64,000 bases of DNA. It comes from Raillietiella orientalis. Lineage: Eukaryota. The notes under the pieces were generated by a model that worked only from the letters and a program-made list of their open reading frames with translations, made no database searches and was not told the DNA's origin. Position numbers and translations under genes: made by a program. Shown here one piece after another: positions 61,300-64,000 of the stretch. The stretch spans positions 7,254,001 through 7,318,000 of the forward strand of contig JAYWIR010000002.1 in assembly GCA_036172245.1 (NCBI GenBank). The letters are read 5' to 3'. Position 1 is the stretch's first letter, and every line of letters starts with the position of its first letter.

Positions 61300-62157
61300 G
61301 ACGTTGATTCGAAGCAGCTGCCCTGGAGACCGCACCAGGATGCTGCCTAATTTATCAAGTTCCCCTCTTGCTCCCCCTCCCCCGCTTCCGTGAAGTTCTT
61401 TTGGGTCGTTTCAAAATACAGAGCAATTCATCTTCTTCCTTGATGGCCACCTCCCAGTTTTGTGATTTCCCTAGAAACAAGATGAAAAGACTTCTGCAGA
61501 ATTGTGTCTGCCCACGATGCCAAATCAGATGCCTCTGAAGCAAAGCGATCCTCAGGGAATGGCGGTTGCAAGGTATGCTTTTCCAAGAACTGCAAATGAT
61601 CCCCGAGCTGCTACTCACATTTCATGTGAGGAGCTCTCCAGTTTGGAAGGTAACCATGGCAGCCGGCAGATCCTATTAAACCCTCCGTTAGCACAGCTGT
61701 TTACTTGATCCTCTGAAATCTTTCTCTCCTTTGGCCATCAATGGTTGCGTGAAACTGAAAATCGTCCTGCGCTGCCCTGATTCATCCATGGTCCTCAACT
61801 GCCCTTCAGCCACTCGGTAGATCGACAAACATGGAGTCCAATGTCCCGCAATCCGTCATCTCTACCAGAAGTCACTTCCTGCCTCTGGTTGCACCTTCCG
61901 CGGAGCGAACGGCTGTCGTGCCATTCCAAAATTTCCGGGAACGCGTCAAAGATGCAATCGGAACGGATAGCCGTGTTGTCGCTTCCTCCCTGATTTGGGT
62001 AGTCAACGCGCACGAGAGCCAGATGAAGCGGAGGAGAAAACACGAGGGGAACGAAAGTTCCAGGCGACTAGAAGCGGCTTGGAACCAGTTCTGTCGAGTC
62101 CGTGGTCTCCTCCTGTGGCAATGCTTCCGACGCGCTGAGGAGCGCACTCTCAAAACA
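61300..62157 (-). mobile_element. Decayed non-LTR RT and post-RT remnant
   Basis: CFESALL...ELVP (RT1-like) and FLGKSQNWEVA...PKRTSRKRG (FLW..K...PK..GG-like). Confidence 0.35.
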
Positions 62158-63045
62158 CAGCCGAGCGAGCTGGTGGGAGCCGTCACTCCGCCCAACCGGG
62201 CGAAGGAACCGCTTCTCTGGAGCGAGCTGTCGAGTGCACCCCCTCCCGAAGAACTCGCTGCCCTTCTCCCCCTGTGCGTGAGCTCTTCCGTGTTCCCCTT
62301 GGAGCGGCAACCATCGGACGTGCTTCTGCTGCTGCACTGGGGTCTCCGGTGCGACCAGCTTAGGAGCCTGGTTCCTGGGGAGAAGGGGAGGATGGCATCC
62401 CCCCAACTGTTTGCGGCGCGGGGCGATCGAATCGTTCCCACATCTGCTGCTGGACTGCGGCGCCCTCCAGGAACTTTAGCGGAGGATGGAGCCCTCACTC
62501 CTGCACGCGGCGGAGGACGCTGCTGAGGATTTGCTGCGGCGACTCTTCGCGAGAGGCGGAGTCGCGCCGCTGTGGTTGCGACGACGTGCTGCGTCGTCGC
62601 AGCCCGCCATGTTGGAGCTTCGGGCGCGGCGAGGGGAGGTCGCCTGCGTGCGGGCCGCCTACGCCTAAGTGAGGACGGCTGCCAGGTTGTCTCACCTGGG
62701 AGGAAAAGTTAGGAAGGGGATCGAACGTCGGTTTCAGAAGGAAGGAACACCGGTGACCCCTGTCCTCGTCTTTCCTTTCGTTCCGAACTCTTCCCTGTAT
62801 TCCGAGGAGGAACGAGACGAAGCAAAGACCCTGGTCCCCTCACCCTCCGCTTTCCTCCTTTCTTTGTTCCTTGTCCCCTTCCTCTTCCCGTTAAAGGACT
62901 TTTCGAGATACAGACCTGCTTGTTGGTGGACCCTCCGATGGACTTGTTGTCTTTTGTTTTGGTTTCGGGGATCGCCTTCTTCCTGACCTTCTTGTTTATT
63001 TTTTTTTTCCTTTTTATAAAGGAAATGCCCCGGCGTCACCGGGTG
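62158..63045 (+). mobile_element. 3' 888 bp of the element at 367-1253, inverted, ~98% identical
   Basis: Direct comparison shows roughly 20 differences by eye and the same frameshifts. Ends ataaaggaaatgccccggcgtcaccgggtg. Confidence 0.92.
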
Positions 63046-64000
63046 AAAATCCAAGTGCAGCCTACGCACTCCAAGATGAGGTCCAAGCTTGCGCGGTCCC
63101 GCTGGCCAGTGGCTCCCGTCCCCATCCTATGCAAGTAGAAGGTCACGGAATGCTGTGAGCTCTCCGCGATCGGGCCGGTCTCGGGCCGGGAACGTGCGCA
63201 GCTATTGAGAACGCACCTGCGCTCGTTCGCGTCGCGGGAGTGGAAGAGTTTTCCACTTAAGGAGGAGGAATGAGGGGAAGGGGAGGGGCAAGCGGCCCGG
63301 TTTGAAACTCGACTGGTAAACCTTTCCTACTTCCTGATCGGTTGGGCAAGAAGGTACATTCGGGTGTCCGGCATAGAGTTGAGCGGGCACGCGAGGTCCA
63401 TCCCTGGATTTTTTCCCGAGGACGTTCTCGTTCGGTCCTCCACTCGGATGTGCAGACCCACCGCGATCCGTCGCATCAATCGGGCGGCTTTCGCTCGCCA
63501 TGGACACCGTCATCACCACCGTCGTCTCGAAGCAGCCAGGGAGCGGATGCTGGCGATGCCGGCATGAAAACCAGGAGCGAGAGAGGCGCCTTTTGGAGAC
63601 TTCCGCCTGCTCTGCGGACGCAGCAGCTGTACTTTGTTCTTGTGTTCGTGGAACGAAGACCAGGCGCGATCGTCCCATCCGTCGGAACCCGCGATCTGGA
63701 AATGCAGCTCGCGGATTCCAACAACCCCCAGGTGCTCTACAAGGAAACCCCGCGTGCGGTCTCGGTGTCCAGAAAGGAAGGAGCTGCTGCTTTGGATACT
63801 GCGTGCGTAGGTGGTTGCCTCCACCTTTCGAATGGGCTTCCCAAACCTGGGCGATGCTTGCAAATCGATCCCGTCACCCTCCCCCCGCTCCCTTTATCGT
63901 TACAGAAAAAGGTGGAAGAGGTGGAAGGTGAGCCATGGTCAGGTACCACCACGTCCCATCCTATCTCAGGTGACTGAGGACATATCTCCCCTGTGTCAAG
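63046..64000 (-). mobile_element. Degraded non-LTR RT (domains 4-7 and post-RT), running off the window end
   Basis: RKSPKGASLAP (G.PQG..LSP-like, ~63570-63605), LRDD (YADD-like, ~63520) and PHLGV (GGLG-like, ~63070). Confidence 0.5.

Noticed and set aside
62125..62157. TSD for the 62158-63045 copy (shared cgcactc..caa with ~63065)
   Set aside because: Similarity is short, and the two flanks are RT segments in non-collinear order.
1..64000. Prokaryotic systems (CRISPR array, operons, retrons) or rRNA
   Set aside because: Spliceosomal genes are present; I saw no regularly spaced repeats or rRNA-like sequence.

Overview
Eukaryotic (animal, probably ecdysozoan; taxon not determinable from this window) genomic DNA. 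An AT-rich, compact gene island (~31-47 kb) holds a 15-exon SART3/Prp24 gene (+, 840 aa), a convergent 5-exon mitochondrial ribosome recycling factor gene (-, 273 aa) and a probable orphan membrane-protein gene divergent from SART3. Most of their introns are only 40-72 bp. Upstream is a GC-rich gene for a long, secreted, Cys-free Tyr/Gly/Ser/Gln-rich low-complexity protein (22049-25358 or beyond). Both flanks (1-17.6 kb, 48.8-64 kb) are GC-rich, nested graveyards of frameshifted APE-type (Tx1/L1-like) non-LTR retrotransposons, so most short GC-rich ORFs in the track are not genes. The most unusual signal: five 3' ends of these elements share a terminus with no poly(A) tail (T-rich UTR, AATAAA-like motif, CCCGG-N5-CCGGG hairpin, final GTG), and four of them are followed directly by diverged direct repeats of ~30-50 bp that look like unusually long target-site duplications. 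All alignments and motif calls were made by eye; no searches were run.
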